Source of the DNA: Candidatus Krumholzibacteriia bacterium
GTDB taxonomy: Bacteria; Krumholzibacteriota; Krumholzibacteriia; LZORAL124-64-63
Assembly: GCA_036351155.1 (NCBI GenBank)
Contig: JAZBOO010000024.1
Span: 1 to 39,173 of the forward strand
Length of the DNA stretch: 39,173 nt
Direction of reading: 5' to 3'
Below, in pieces: positions 10,010 through 19,605 of the stretch. Numbering within the stretch: position 1 is the first letter of the stretch; each line of letters opens with the position of its first letter. The position numbers were made by a program, and so were the translations under genes. The notes below the pieces were generated by a model. It was not told where the DNA came from. It ran no database searches and saw only the letters and a list, made by a program, of their open reading frames with translations.

Positions 10010-11749
10010 TCAGTCCTTCTCCCCCATGTGTTCCGGGGCACTGACCCCGATGAGTTCGGCAACGGTCTGCAGCACCCGCTGGGTGATCATGCTCAGGTGC
10101 AGCCGGGCCTCCATGACATCTTCTTCCTGATCCAGGATCTTGCATTCGTGCCAGAACTTGTGGAACAGCTCGGCCACCTCGGCCACGTAGGCTGCCAGGC
10201 GATGAGGTTCGCGGCTCTGGGCCGCCGACACGATGACCAGAGGCAGGCGAATCAACTCGCGCACCAGGTTCCACTCCCATTCCGTTTCCAGCCGCATCAG
10301 GGATTCGGCCGAGGGCTCGGTCAGGGTGACCCCCTGCTCGGCGGCACGTCGCATCAGCGAGCAGGTCCGCGCATGCGCGTATTTCCAGTAGAAGACCGGG
10401 TTGTCCCGGGACTCTTCCGTCGCCTTCTTCAGGTCAAAGTCGAGGTGGCTGTTGGGCTTGCGCGTCAGGAAAATGTACTTGGCCACATCGGCGCCCACTT
10501 CATTGATGAGGGCGTCCATGGTCACGAACTGCCCCTTGCGCTTGGACATCTCGATGTTCTTGCCGTCCTCAAGGAACGTCACCTGCTGCAGGATCTGGAC
10601 CTCGAGCCAGTCGCTGCTGATGTCCAGAGCTTCCATGGCCCCCTGCATTCGCTGGATATAGCCATGGTGATCGGGCCCCCAGAAATCGATGGCGTGCTCG
10701 AAACCACGCTGGTACTTGTGGAAGTGGTAGGCGATGTCGGCCAGGAAATAGGTGGGCATGCCGTCGGCCCGCATCAGGACCCGGTCCTTTTCATCCCCGT
10801 ACTCGGTGGCCTTGAACCAGATCGCCCCCTCTTCCTCGTAAACAGCCTCCAGCTTCTTCAGCCGGTCCAGGGCCCGCTCGATGCGCTTGGTCTCGTGGAG
10901 CTCGCTTTCGAAATACCAGGTCTCGAACCGAAGCCCGAAACGCCGGCAGGTTTCGCGCTGCCAGCTCAAAATTTTCATCAGGGCATACTTGCTGAAGCAG
11001 CGAACCGATTCCTCCTCGGGCAGCTTCTGCCAGTCGCTGGCATTGCCCTCGGGCGCGCTGATGCGCTGGAAGCTCTCGTCATCGAAAGCCTTGGCGGCCT
11101 TCTGGATGGCCGCCGTGTCCTGCTCCATCAGCTCCTGGGCCATGATCTCCAGGTAGTTGCCACGGTATCCGTTTTCCGGGAACTCGACACTTTCTCCAGC
11201 AAGCTGCAGGTAATGGGCCCGCAGGCTCTGCCCCAGCAGCTTGACCTGACGGCCGGCATCGTTGACGTAGTATTCCGCGTGGGCATCGTAGCCCACGGCG
11301 TCCAGAAGCCGGACCATGCACATGCCGAAGGCTCCGGCCCGGGCCGACACGATGTTCAGAGGGCCGGTGGGATTCGCACTGATGAACTCAACGTTGATGC
11401 GCTTGCCCCCCCCGGTCTTGATCTCCTGCAGGGCACCGTCGGGATCGTACACGTCCAGCAACTGCTGAACCTGATAGGGGCGCGCCACCCGGAAGTTGAT
11501 GAATCCCGGCCCGGCGATTTCCACCGACTCGATGACATCCTTGGGAAATTCCACGGCGGCGGCAATCTCGCCGGCCAGCTCCCGGGGATTCCTCTTCAGC
11601 CGGCGGCCCAGCATCATGGCCAGGTTGGTGCTCAGATCACCGTGGCTGCGTTCCCGGGGCTTTTCCAGTTCGATGGTGACGTCTTCCTCGTAGACACCGT
11701 ACTTCTCCACGGTGCCCAGCAGGCCTTTTCTGAGGAGATCCTGAAGCAT
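10010..11749 (-). CDS. argS: arginyl-tRNA synthetase
   Basis: HGDLSTN, IAGPGFINF, EFISANPTGP, EYYVNDAG, DIAYH, WGPDHHGY, EMSKRKG, NPVFY..YAHAR, APEHM. Confidence 0.96.
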   Translation of the reverse strand: MLQDLLRKGLLGTVEKYGVYEEDVTIELEKPRERSHGDLSTNLAMMLGRRLKRNPRELAGEIAAAVEFPKDVIESVEIAGPGFINFRVARPYQVQQLLDVYDPDGALQEIKTGGGKRINVEFISANPTGPLNIVSARAGAFGMCMVRLLDAVGYDAHAEYYVNDAGRQVKLLGQSLRAHYLQLAGESVEFPENGYRGNYLEIMAQELMEQDTAAIQKAAKAFDDESFQRISAPEGNASDWQKLPEEESVRCFSKYALMKILSWQRETCRRFGLRFETWYFESELHETKRIERALDRLKKLEAVYEEEGAIWFKATEYGDEKDRVLMRADGMPTYFLADIAYHFHKYQRGFEHAIDFWGPDHHGYIQRMQGAMEALDISSDWLEVQILQQVTFLEDGKNIEMSKRKGQFVTMDALINEVGADVAKYIFLTRKPNSHLDFDLKKATEESRDNPVFYWKYAHARTCSLMRRAAEQGVTLTEPSAESLMRLETEWEWNLVRELIRLPLVIVSAAQSREPHRLAAYVAEVAELFHKFWHECKILDQEEDVMEARLHLSMITQRVLQTVAELIGVSAPEHMGEKD

Positions 11750-11775
11750 GATCCTGCGCTTCCCTTGCTTATGGG

Positions 11776-12291
11776 TCAGTCCTTGGCGCCGGCATCGGCA
11801 CCCGTGTGAAATTTGAGGTCGGGATGGCGTTGCTTGACCGCTTCGTCAGCAAACCACTCGGGCGCGACGTCCAGGCGACCAGCGTCACCCCACAGCCGCT
11901 CCATCTGAAAATAGTCGCGCGCCTCTTCACGAAAGATATGGACCACCACATCAAAGTAATCCAGCAGGGCCCAGCGCCCCTCGTTCAATCCTTCGACGCC
12001 CTTGGGCTTTTGCTTCACATCCAGCAGGCTGTCCTGGAGGTTCTTGGCCAGTGCCCGCACCTGGACGTCGCTGGAGCCGGAAGCCAGGACGAAAAAATCG
12101 CAGACATCGCTGCGCCCGCGCAGGTCCAGGACCACCAGGTCCTCGCCCTTCTTTTCCAGCAGATGCCAGCAGGCCCGCTCGGCCAGCAGCCAGCCCGGAC
12201 TGGCGTCCGGCATGACCGTCTCCTGGGCAGGGGTGGTTTTCTCCTGATCCTTCGTGGGCTCGGGAGCCGGACTCGATTTCACATCAGACAT
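11776..12291 (-). CDS. rsfS: ribosome silencing factor
   Basis: EKKGEDLVVLD, DFFVLASG, WALLDYFDVVVHIF..EARDYFQMERLW. Confidence 0.95.
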   Translation of the reverse strand: MSDVKSSPAPEPTKDQEKTTPAQETVMPDASPGWLLAERACWHLLEKKGEDLVVLDLRGRSDVCDFFVLASGSSDVQVRALAKNLQDSLLDVKQKPKGVEGLNEGRWALLDYFDVVVHIFREEARDYFQMERLWGDAGRLDVAPEWFADEAVKQRHPDLKFHTGADAGAKD

Positions 12292-12309
12292 GGATGTTCT
12301 CCAGACAGG

Positions 12310-13314
12310 TCAATTCAAACGGTTGATCACATATTCGACGGCCACGGCCAGCAAATCCTTCTGCGGTCCACTGGCCACCGGGGCCAGCGCGGCCTTTGCC
12401 TCGTCGCCGAAGCTGCGGGCGGTCTCGAAGGCGTAATCGATGCCGCCATGGTCGGTCACGAAGGTTCGGATCTCCGGCCAGGAGGCCGCGCGTGCCGCCG
12501 TGTCGGTGTCGGCGGCCAGTTCAGCCACCCGGTTTTTCACATCGACCGGCGCATTTTTCAGGGCGGCAATCAAGGGCAAGGTGATGCGCCCTTCCTCCCA
12601 GTCCTGTCCGGTGGGTTTGCCCAGCCGGCGCTCATCGCCAAGATAGTCGAAAATGTCATCGGTGATCTGGAAAACCAGACCCGTCTTGGCGCCAAACTCG
12701 CCGAACTCTTCCTCATGGGCCGCCAGGCGGGGATTCAAGCTGACTCCGATGCGGCAGCTGTTCTCGATCAACGAGGCCGTTTTCTGGTAGATGATCTGCA
12801 GATAGCGGTCCTCGGGAATGTCCAGATCATGTCGATGCTCGAGCTGCAACATTTCCGCCTCGCTCATCAGCACCGTGGTCCGGGCCAGCAATTCCACCGC
12901 GTGGTGCTGTCCGGCCTCGCACAGATTGTGCAGCGCTTTGCTGTAAAGGTAGTCCCCCATGATCAGGGCGGCACTGCTGCCAAACTCGGCGTTCACCGAG
13001 GGCAAACCCCGCCGGGTCAACGCTTCATCGATGAAATCATCGTGGACCAGGGTCGCCGTGTGCACCAGTTCCACGCTGGCCGCGGCGGTCACCGCTTCGG
13101 GAGCGATGCCGTCCTCATGCTGCGCCGAGAGCAACAGCAAGGTGGGCCGGAACTTCTTGCTCTTGCCCTGACGAATGTGGTCGCAGATTTGCCGGGTCAG
13201 AGGACTGTTCCCGTCGGTGATCCGCCGGAACTCCTCGTCCACCTTTTCCAGGGTGGGCCCGATCTTCTTCTGCAAGGTGATGAGCTTGATGCGTTCGCGT
13301 TCCAGCATCCCCAT
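12310..13314 (-). CDS. polyprenyl diphosphate synthase (IspB-like)
   Basis: KKFRP, ELVHTATLVHDDFID..RRG, KTA, FQITDDIFD, GKPTGQD. Confidence 0.93.
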   Translation of the reverse strand: MGMLERERIKLITLQKKIGPTLEKVDEEFRRITDGNSPLTRQICDHIRQGKSKKFRPTLLLLSAQHEDGIAPEAVTAAASVELVHTATLVHDDFIDEALTRRGLPSVNAEFGSSAALIMGDYLYSKALHNLCEAGQHHAVELLARTTVLMSEAEMLQLEHRHDLDIPEDRYLQIIYQKTASLIENSCRIGVSLNPRLAAHEEEFGEFGAKTGLVFQITDDIFDYLGDERRLGKPTGQDWEEGRITLPLIAALKNAPVDVKNRVAELAADTDTAARAASWPEIRTFVTDHGGIDYAFETARSFGDEAKAALAPVASGPQKDLLAVAVEYVINRLN

Positions 13315-13422
13315 GGATTCCTACTCTCTCAAAAAGCCAATTCCTGCAGGCAAGGGTATACGCAACACCCCTGGCAGGCTGCAGGATCATAGTACACAAA
13401 TATTCGCAATTCTGCGCCTATG

Positions 13423-14310
13423 TCAATCCTCTTTGCTTTTTCTTCTGGTCACCACGATGGCCACCAGGACCGAAACCAGGTAAAGGACCATCACCGGACC
13501 GGCCATCATGACCTGGCTGATGACATCGGGAGGGGTCAGAACCGCCGACAGGCTGAAGATCACGATGATGGCGATCCGCCAGGTGCGCAGCAGCATGCGC
13601 GGATTCACTATTCCCAGCACACTCAGAAAAAGCACCAGCAACGGCAGCTGAAAAACCAGCCCGAAGGCCAGGCACAGCCGCGACACGAAGTTGAAATAGG
13701 GCCCCACACCAATCAGGGGCTCCATGACCGAGGTCCCGAAGCTCAGCAGGAAGGTGATGACCTGCGGAATGACCACCAGGAAAGCGAAGGCCACCCCGGT
13801 GTAGAAAAGGGCGGTGGTGGTGATCAGCAAGGGCGAGACCACCTTGGCCTCGCTGCGGTGCAAACCGGGCAAGACGAACATGTAGAACTTGAAGAAAATG
13901 AAGGGGGCCACCACGAACAGCCCCACCACGAAGCTGAGCTTCAGTCGGGTCAGAAAGGCCTCGTTGGGCGCGGTGAAATACACACCGTAATCCTGGATGG
14001 GCAGGATCAGCAGATCGAGCAACCGGGCCGACACGAACCAGCAGATGGTGGCGGCCAGCAGCGCGGCAATGGCCGAGTGCAGCAACGTGCTGCGCAGCTC
14101 TTCCAGGTGATCCAGCAATCCCATGGGCTCGGATTCAGGTTCCTCACCAGCGGCCAGCCGCGCTTCTCGTTCCTTTTTCTGGCGCTCTTCTTCCCGCTTC
14201 TTGGCCGCCACCGGATGATCCGGATGGGGCGGCAAGTGCTCATACCCCTGCTGATCCCGCGGGCCGGTGGGTTCCTGATCTGGCTGGTCGCCTTCGTGTT
14301 GATCAGTCAC
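13423..14310 (-). CDS. tatC: twin-arginine translocase subunit TatC
   Basis: MGLLDHLEELR, PNEAF, FVLPGL, FGLVFQLP, AVLTPPDVISQ; start placed at GTG 14310 overlapping the nrdR stop (uncertain). Confidence 0.93.
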   Translation of the reverse strand: MTDQHEGDQPDQEPTGPRDQQGYEHLPPHPDHPVAAKKREEERQKKEREARLAAGEEPESEPMGLLDHLEELRSTLLHSAIAALLAATICWFVSARLLDLLILPIQDYGVYFTAPNEAFLTRLKLSFVVGLFVVAPFIFFKFYMFVLPGLHRSEAKVVSPLLITTTALFYTGVAFAFLVVIPQVITFLLSFGTSVMEPLIGVGPYFNFVSRLCLAFGLVFQLPLLVLFLSVLGIVNPRMLLRTWRIAIIVIFSLSAVLTPPDVISQVMMAGPVMVLYLVSVLVAIVVTRRKSKED

Positions 14311-14773
14311 GGTCGGGATCTTTCCCTTGCCGCAGGTCCCGGACCAGGGCGAAGAATTCGTCCATGCTCTTGAAGCTTCGATAAACCGAAGCGAACCGGA
14401 TATAGGCCACCTCGTCCACCAGAAGCAGTTCATCCAGCACGTAGTGGCCGATGGTTTCGCTGGGCACTTCACGGCGTCCGGAAGCGCCCAGCTTTTCCTC
14501 GACGTGGTCGACGATCATCTCGATTTCCTCCAGGGAAACCGGACGCTTCTCGCAGGCCTTGGTCACCCCGACGATCACCTTCGAACGGTGATACGCCACC
14601 CGGTCGCCGCTACGCTTGACCACGAGGACCGGCCTGGTTTCCAGGCTTTCATAGGTGGTGAACCGGGACTGGCAGTGCAGGCACTCACGCCTGCGCCGCA
14701 CCGCACGGCCGTCACGGACCGACCGCGAATCGACCACCTTGTCCTCTTCATGCCCGCAACTGGGACAGCGCAA
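14303..14773 (-). CDS. nrdR: transcriptional repressor NrdR
   Basis: RCPSC..VVDSR..RRRREC..C..RFTTYE, ATP cone, VAYIRFASVY; TTG start. Confidence 0.97.
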   Translation of the reverse strand: MRCPSCGHEEDKVVDSRSVRDGRAVRRRRECLHCQSRFTTYESLETRPVLVVKRSGDRVAYHRSKVIVGVTKACEKRPVSLEEIEMIVDHVEEKLGASGRREVPSETIGHYVLDELLLVDEVAYIRFASVYRSFKSMDEFFALVRDLRQGKDPDRD

Positions 14774-14776
14774 CGC

Positions 14777-16024
14777 CTACTCCATTCCCGGATACAGGGG
14801 AAAGGCCAGGCACAGCTCCTCGCTCTCGCCGCGCAGGCCGGCCAGGGCGTCGTCGTTGTCCTTGTTCTGCACGGCACGGTCGATGATGTCGGCGATCTTC
14901 CGCATTTCCTCGGCGCCCATGCCACGAGTGGTCAGCGCCGGGGTGCCCAGACGGATACCGCTGGTCACGAAGGGGCTTTCCTGGTCGAAAGGCACGGTGT
15001 TCTTGTTGGCGGTGATGCCCACATGCTCCAGCAGCGCCTCCATGTCCTTGCCGGTCAGTCCCTTGTTGGTCACATTGACCAGCAGCAGGTGGTTGTCGGT
15101 GCCGCCGCTGACCAGGCGGAATCCGCGCTCCATCAGCGCATCACCCAGAACCTTCGCGTTGTCCACCATGTTCCGGGCGTAGGTCTTGAACCCATCCTGC
15201 ATGCATTCGTGGAAACACACGGCCTTGGCCGCCACCACGTGCATCAGCGGACCGCCCTGCACACCGGGGAAGTTCATCTTGTTGACGGGACCGAAGAAGT
15301 CCTTCTTGCTGAGAATGAGGCCGCCCCGGGGACCGCGAAGGGTCTTGTGGGTGGTGCTGGTCACCACATCGCAATGGGGCACGGGGCTGGGGTGCACTCC
15401 GCCCGCCACCAGGCCGGCAATGTGGGCCATGTCGAACAGGAGCACGGCGTCGATCTCATCGGCGATGCTCCGCAGCTTCTCGAAATCCCAGAACCGGGGG
15501 TAGGCACTGGCGCCGCCCACCAGCATGCGGGGCCGCTCCTTGAGGGCCTGATCGCGCATCTTGTCGTAGTTGATGGTCTCGGTGCCCTCGTCCACCTCGT
15601 AGTGCAGAGCATCGAACAGCAGGCCCGAGAAGTTGACCGGATGCCCGTGGGTAAGATGCCCGCCGTGGCTGAGGCTCAACCCCATGATCTTGTCCCCGGG
15701 CTTCAGAAAAGCCAGGTAAGCGGTCATGTTGGCCGTCGAACCACTGTGAGGCTGCACGTTGGCTCGCTCGGCCCCGAACAGTTCCATGGCCCGCTGCTTG
15801 GCCAGGGTTTCGGCTGTGTCCACGTGCACGCAGCCGCCGTAATAGCGCTTCTTGGGGTAACCCTCGGCGTACTTGTTGGTCAAGGTGGAGCCCAGGGTCT
15901 CCATGACCGCGCGACTGGTGAAGTTTTCGCTGGCAATCATTTCCAGCTGAGTCCGTTGCCGGGACAGCTCGGCGTCCAGGACATCGGCGATCTCGGGATC
16001 GGTGTTGCGTACTTGATCGTACAT
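14777..16024 (-). CDS. glyA: serine hydroxymethyltransferase
   Basis: [41 protein letters not shown]. Confidence 0.98.
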   Translation of the reverse strand: MYDQVRNTDPEIADVLDAELSRQRTQLEMIASENFTSRAVMETLGSTLTNKYAEGYPKKRYYGGCVHVDTAETLAKQRAMELFGAERANVQPHSGSTANMTAYLAFLKPGDKIMGLSLSHGGHLTHGHPVNFSGLLFDALHYEVDEGTETINYDKMRDQALKERPRMLVGGASAYPRFWDFEKLRSIADEIDAVLLFDMAHIAGLVAGGVHPSPVPHCDVVTSTTHKTLRGPRGGLILSKKDFFGPVNKMNFPGVQGGPLMHVVAAKAVCFHECMQDGFKTYARNMVDNAKVLGDALMERGFRLVSGGTDNHLLLVNVTNKGLTGKDMEALLEHVGITANKNTVPFDQESPFVTSGIRLGTPALTTRGMGAEEMRKIADIIDRAVQNKDNDDALAGLRGESEELCLAFPLYPGME

Positions 16025-16029
16025 GGCCC

Positions 16030-16485
16030 CTACTCCTGTTTCATGTGGGTGTTTTCCCAGTCGACAAATTTGTTCACGCGGCGGGCGTGACGCCCCCCCT
16101 CGAATTCCGCACCCAGCCAGGCTTCCAGCAACCCGACCGCCTGGTCAGGAGTGACGCCGTCGCCGCTGAGACAAAGGACGTTGCTGTCGTTGTGCTGCCG
16201 GGTGGTCCGCGCCTGATCCTGGGTGAAGCAGAGGCTGGCCCGCACTCCGCGCACCTTGTTGGCGGCGATGCTCATGCCGATGCCGGAACCGCAGATCAGC
16301 ACCCCGGCCTCGGCTCGACCTTCGCCGACCATGGCCGCCGTCGGCAGAGCCGCGTCGGTGTAGTCGGCAGATTCGGCGCTGTGACACCCGAAGTCTTCCA
16401 CCGTATGGCCACGCGCCATCAGGTACTCCTTGATCGCGTTCTTGTGGGCGAACCCGCGGTGATCCGAACCGATGGCGATGATCAT
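16030..16485 (-). CDS. rpiB: ribose-5-phosphate isomerase B
   Basis: [38 protein letters not shown]. Confidence 0.96.
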   Translation of the reverse strand: MIIAIGSDHRGFAHKNAIKEYLMARGHTVEDFGCHSAESADYTDAALPTAAMVGEGRAEAGVLICGSGIGMSIAANKVRGVRASLCFTQDQARTTRQHNDSNVLCLSGDGVTPDQAVGLLEAWLGAEFEGGRHARRVNKFVDWENTHMKQE

Positions 16486-16973
16486 GCTCTCTCCGTTCCG
16501 GTCAGCTGCTCAAATGTTTCGCGCCAGCCCCCCAGCAAGCGCTGGATCTGCTGACCGGTTTCGAAGTACCGATCCCGGGGCCTGCCGAAGGGATCGCCCA
16601 CCTCTTCCATGGAGGGCGAAAACGGCTGGCGCGCCAGGTCAAATCCAGGAGCCCCCAGGACCCCGATCTTGCCGCCGTACAGGGGGCCAAACCGGGCCTT
16701 GAACTGGGCGGCATGGCTGCGGGTCATGCCGATCACCCAGTCGCACTGCACCAGCTCTTCCGGCAGGAAGCCGCGCGAGGCGTGGTCGGCGAGGCTCAAC
16801 CCACAGGTGGCCACGAATTCGGCGCTGCTCTGGCTGGCCCCATGACCCGGCACCGGATTCAGGCCTGTCGAACAGAATTCCAGGTCCAGGTCGGCAAACA
16901 TATGACGGCCAAGAACTTCGGCCATTGGACTGCGGCAGATGTTGCCCGTGCAAAAAAACAGGATGCGTTTCAT
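16482..16973 (-). CDS. low-molecular-weight protein phosphatase (LMW-PTP family)
   Basis: P-loop CTGNICRSPMAE, IGMTRSH, general-acid DPFG; start trimmed to MKRILFF. Confidence 0.92.
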   Translation of the reverse strand: MKRILFFCTGNICRSPMAEVLGRHMFADLDLEFCSTGLNPVPGHGASQSSAEFVATCGLSLADHASRGFLPEELVQCDWVIGMTRSHAAQFKARFGPLYGGKIGVLGAPGFDLARQPFSPSMEEVGDPFGRPRDRYFETGQQIQRLLGGWRETFEQLTGTERA

Positions 16974-17020
16974 CGCGCCCCTTTCCGGTACGCCAAAATT
17001 AGGCTTCGCCCCACAGGGCG

Positions 17021-17650
17021 TCAAGCACGACCACGCGCCGGGGAATCCGGATCGGGCATGGGCATGGGCCCTTCCCTCAGCAGGCGGAAAGGCCAGCTGG
17101 TGGCCTCGACCAAGGCACTGGCCCGGGGAGCGTCCAGCGAAGTCTGCGAAGGGCCGGTCGACACCCAGAATCCGTCCACTTCGCCCCCGAACTGTTCCAG
17201 AGCTTCCTCCACCGTGGAACACGGGGCATCACCCTCGCGATTGCAGCTGGTGGACACCAGGGGGCAGCCACAGCGGGCAATCAGCTCTTGCAACTCCGGG
17301 TGTTCGGGGATCCGCACGCCCAGGGTGCCCGTTCCGGCCGTGACCTGCGCCGGCACATGGTCCGCCGCCGGAAAAACCAGGGTGAAGGGCCCGGGCCAGC
17401 ACTGGCGCGCCAGGTTTTCCTGCCGCTCACTCAGTGGTTTCAGGGTCTCGGTGGCCTGGGTCAAATCAGAGGCCAGGATGAGAAGAGGCTTGCCGGAAGA
17501 GCGGCCCTTGATGGCCGCAATACGGCCGATGCCCTCGGCTGCATCAACCCGGCAATGAAAGCCAGGCAAGGTGTCGGTGGGCAGAACCAGGACGCCGCCC
17601 GAGTTCAGAACCAGGACGGCGTCACGAAGGTCCAGGGGACGGGAGGCCAC
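17021..17650 (-). CDS. tsaC: L-threonylcarbamoyladenylate synthase (YrdC/TsaC family)
   Basis: LPTDT..G, KGR...KPL, WPGPFTLV, GVRIP, STSCN. Confidence 0.88.
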   Translation of the reverse strand: MASRPLDLRDAVLVLNSGGVLVLPTDTLPGFHCRVDAAEGIGRIAAIKGRSSGKPLLILASDLTQATETLKPLSERQENLARQCWPGPFTLVFPAADHVPAQVTAGTGTLGVRIPEHPELQELIARCGCPLVSTSCNREGDAPCSTVEEALEQFGGEVDGFWVSTGPSQTSLDAPRASALVEATSWPFRLLREGPMPMPDPDSPARGRA

Positions 17651-18148
17651 CTAGCGGCCGCCCTTGGCCAGATATTTGCGATAGTCCTCCACCGCGTGGG
17701 CCACCTTGGGATCGCTCAGGGCGATCATGCGCGCAGCCAGACAGGCGGCGTTCTTGGCCCCGGCACTGCCCACAGCCACCGAGGCGACGGGCACCCCGGG
17801 GGGCATCTGCACGATGGACAGCAGGGCATCCACACCGGCCAGCGGTCCGGCGGCCACGGGCACACCGATCACGGGCTTGCCCGTCATCGAGGCCACCACG
17901 CCGGGCAGGTGAGCCGCCATCCCGGCGCACGCCACGAAAACCTGCGTACCGCCAGCTTCCGCTTTGCGAACGATACGGCGCAGCTTCTCGGGCTGACGGT
18001 GGGCCGAGGCCACCTCCACGGCGCTGGTCAGGCCAAAGCGTTCCAGCAAAGGAAACATTCCCTCGATCACCGGGAGATCATTCTTGCTCCCGAGCAGGAT
18101 CAGGACACGTGGGGACACGGCAACATTTTTTGCGGGTGCTTTAGCCAT
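17651..18148 (-). CDS. purE: AIR carboxylase / N5-CAIR mutase
   Basis: SAHR, AGMAAHLPGVVAS, PVIGVP, DALLSIVQMPPGVPVA. Confidence 0.96.
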   Translation of the reverse strand: MAKAPAKNVAVSPRVLILLGSKNDLPVIEGMFPLLERFGLTSAVEVASAHRQPEKLRRIVRKAEAGGTQVFVACAGMAAHLPGVVASMTGKPVIGVPVAAGPLAGVDALLSIVQMPPGVPVASVAVGSAGAKNAACLAARMIALSDPKVAHAVEDYRKYLAKGGR

Positions 18149-19472
18149 CGTTCAAATCTCCTGACACGGCGATATCCCGCCGATAGATGAGTCCTTCGAA
18201 ATGGGTTTCCTCGAGCAACTGGTAGGCGGCGGCCTTGGCCTGCTTCAGGTTTCCCCCGGTGCCCACGGCACCGAGCACGCGGCCGCCGTTCGTCAACAAC
18301 CGGCCGTCGGGACCGGTTTTGGTCCCGGCCTGGACCACCCAGCGATCATCACCCTTGGTCCCGGGCAATTCGATGGGCCGTCCCTTGATGTAGCTGCCGG
18401 GATACCCGTCCGAGGCCCCGACCACCACCACGGCATGGCGCAGCCAGCTGGTCAATCCGGCACCCGGCCAGTCGGCGGGCACCACTTCCTCCACCTCGTG
18501 CAGCCCCTGCAAGTATGCTCCCAGGTTTCCCTCGGCAGTGGAGGCGCACAGTTCCAGGAAGTCCCCCTTCAGCAGGGGCAAAACCACCTGGGTTTCCGGA
18601 TCGCCAAACCTGACGTTGAATTCCAGGACCATGGGCCCGGCCTCGGTCAACATCAATCCGGCATAGAGAACACCCCGGAAGGGGATGTCTCGGCGCCGTA
18701 GCTCCGCCAGCATGGGCAGCACGATGTGCGTGTCGATCTGGGCGTAGAGCTTGGCCGGCAGGGTCACCGGAGCAAACGCCCCCATGCCCCCCGTATTGGG
18801 GCCTGTATCCTGCTCACCGACCCGTTTGTGGTCCCGGCTCGGCGCCAGCAGACAGTAGTCCTGGCCATCGGTCACGATCAGGACCGAAAGCTCCGGACCG
18901 AACAGGCACTCCTCCATGATGATACGCAGGCCGGCGCTGCCAAAGCGCTGCTCATCCAGGCATTCGTGGATGAACGCCTCGGCCTCGCTCTTGGCGGAAC
19001 ACACCGCCACCCCCTTGCCCTGAGCCGCACCGCAAGCCTTGATGACCACGGGCAGGCCCACGGTGTCCAGGTGCTTGAGGGCCGCATTGGAACTGCTGAA
19101 GGCGTGATAGTGAGCGGTGGGCACACCCGCCGAGGCCAGCACTTCCTTGCAGAACTCCTTATCCCCTTCCAGCCTTGCTCCCAGGGCTCCGGGCCCGAAA
19201 ACGAGGATGTTCTCCTTGTGCAGAGCGTCGGCCAGTCCCTGGATCAAGCAGTCCTCCGGACCGATGATCACCAGCTCGATCTCGTGGGTCACGCAGAACC
19301 CCACCACGGCCTTCTGATCCGCGGGATCCAGATCCACGTTGGTCGCAAGCTCGGCGGTGCCCGGGTTGCCGGGAGCACAGAAGAGGATCGGCTCCTGGGG
19401 CGAGGCGGCCAGCTGGATCACCAGGGCGTGTTCACGCCCGCCGGATCCGATGACAAGGACTTTCCTGGACAT
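18141..19472 (-). CDS. purD: phosphoribosylamine-glycine ligase
   Basis: VIGSGGREHAL, APGNPG, IGPE, GKGV, DHKR..DTGPNTGGMGA, EFNVRFGDPETQ, TNGGRVL, YRRDIA. Confidence 0.96.
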   Translation of the reverse strand: MSRKVLVIGSGGREHALVIQLAASPQEPILFCAPGNPGTAELATNVDLDPADQKAVVGFCVTHEIELVIIGPEDCLIQGLADALHKENILVFGPGALGARLEGDKEFCKEVLASAGVPTAHYHAFSSSNAALKHLDTVGLPVVIKACGAAQGKGVAVCSAKSEAEAFIHECLDEQRFGSAGLRIIMEECLFGPELSVLIVTDGQDYCLLAPSRDHKRVGEQDTGPNTGGMGAFAPVTLPAKLYAQIDTHIVLPMLAELRRRDIPFRGVLYAGLMLTEAGPMVLEFNVRFGDPETQVVLPLLKGDFLELCASTAEGNLGAYLQGLHEVEEVVPADWPGAGLTSWLRHAVVVVGASDGYPGSYIKGRPIELPGTKGDDRWVVQAGTKTGPDGRLLTNGGRVLGAVGTGGNLKQAKAAAYQLLEETHFEGLIYRRDIAVSGDLNDG

Positions 19473-19567
19473 GTATCAAGGCCTCCCGAGGCAAAAAGAG
19501 GACGGAGCTGTAACTTACCCAGAATTTAACCCAAGATGTGAGGGGGAACAACGGGAGAAAAATACCC

Positions 19568-19594
19568 GGGGCCCCGCCGCGCAGCCGGAGCCCC
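19568..19594 (-). terminator. possible terminator after carbamate kinase
   Basis: GGGGCTCC...GGGGCCCC GC-rich stem with a delayed T-rich tract (GGGTATTTTT). Confidence 0.4.
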
Positions 19595-19605
19595 ACAGGA
19601 CAAAG

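Noticed and set aside
13315..13422. Possible promoter and TCCTGCAG/CTGCAGGA inverted repeat upstream of the polyprenyl synthase
   Set aside because: -35 and -10 candidates do not pair at proper spacing and the stem is long-looped; too weak to call.
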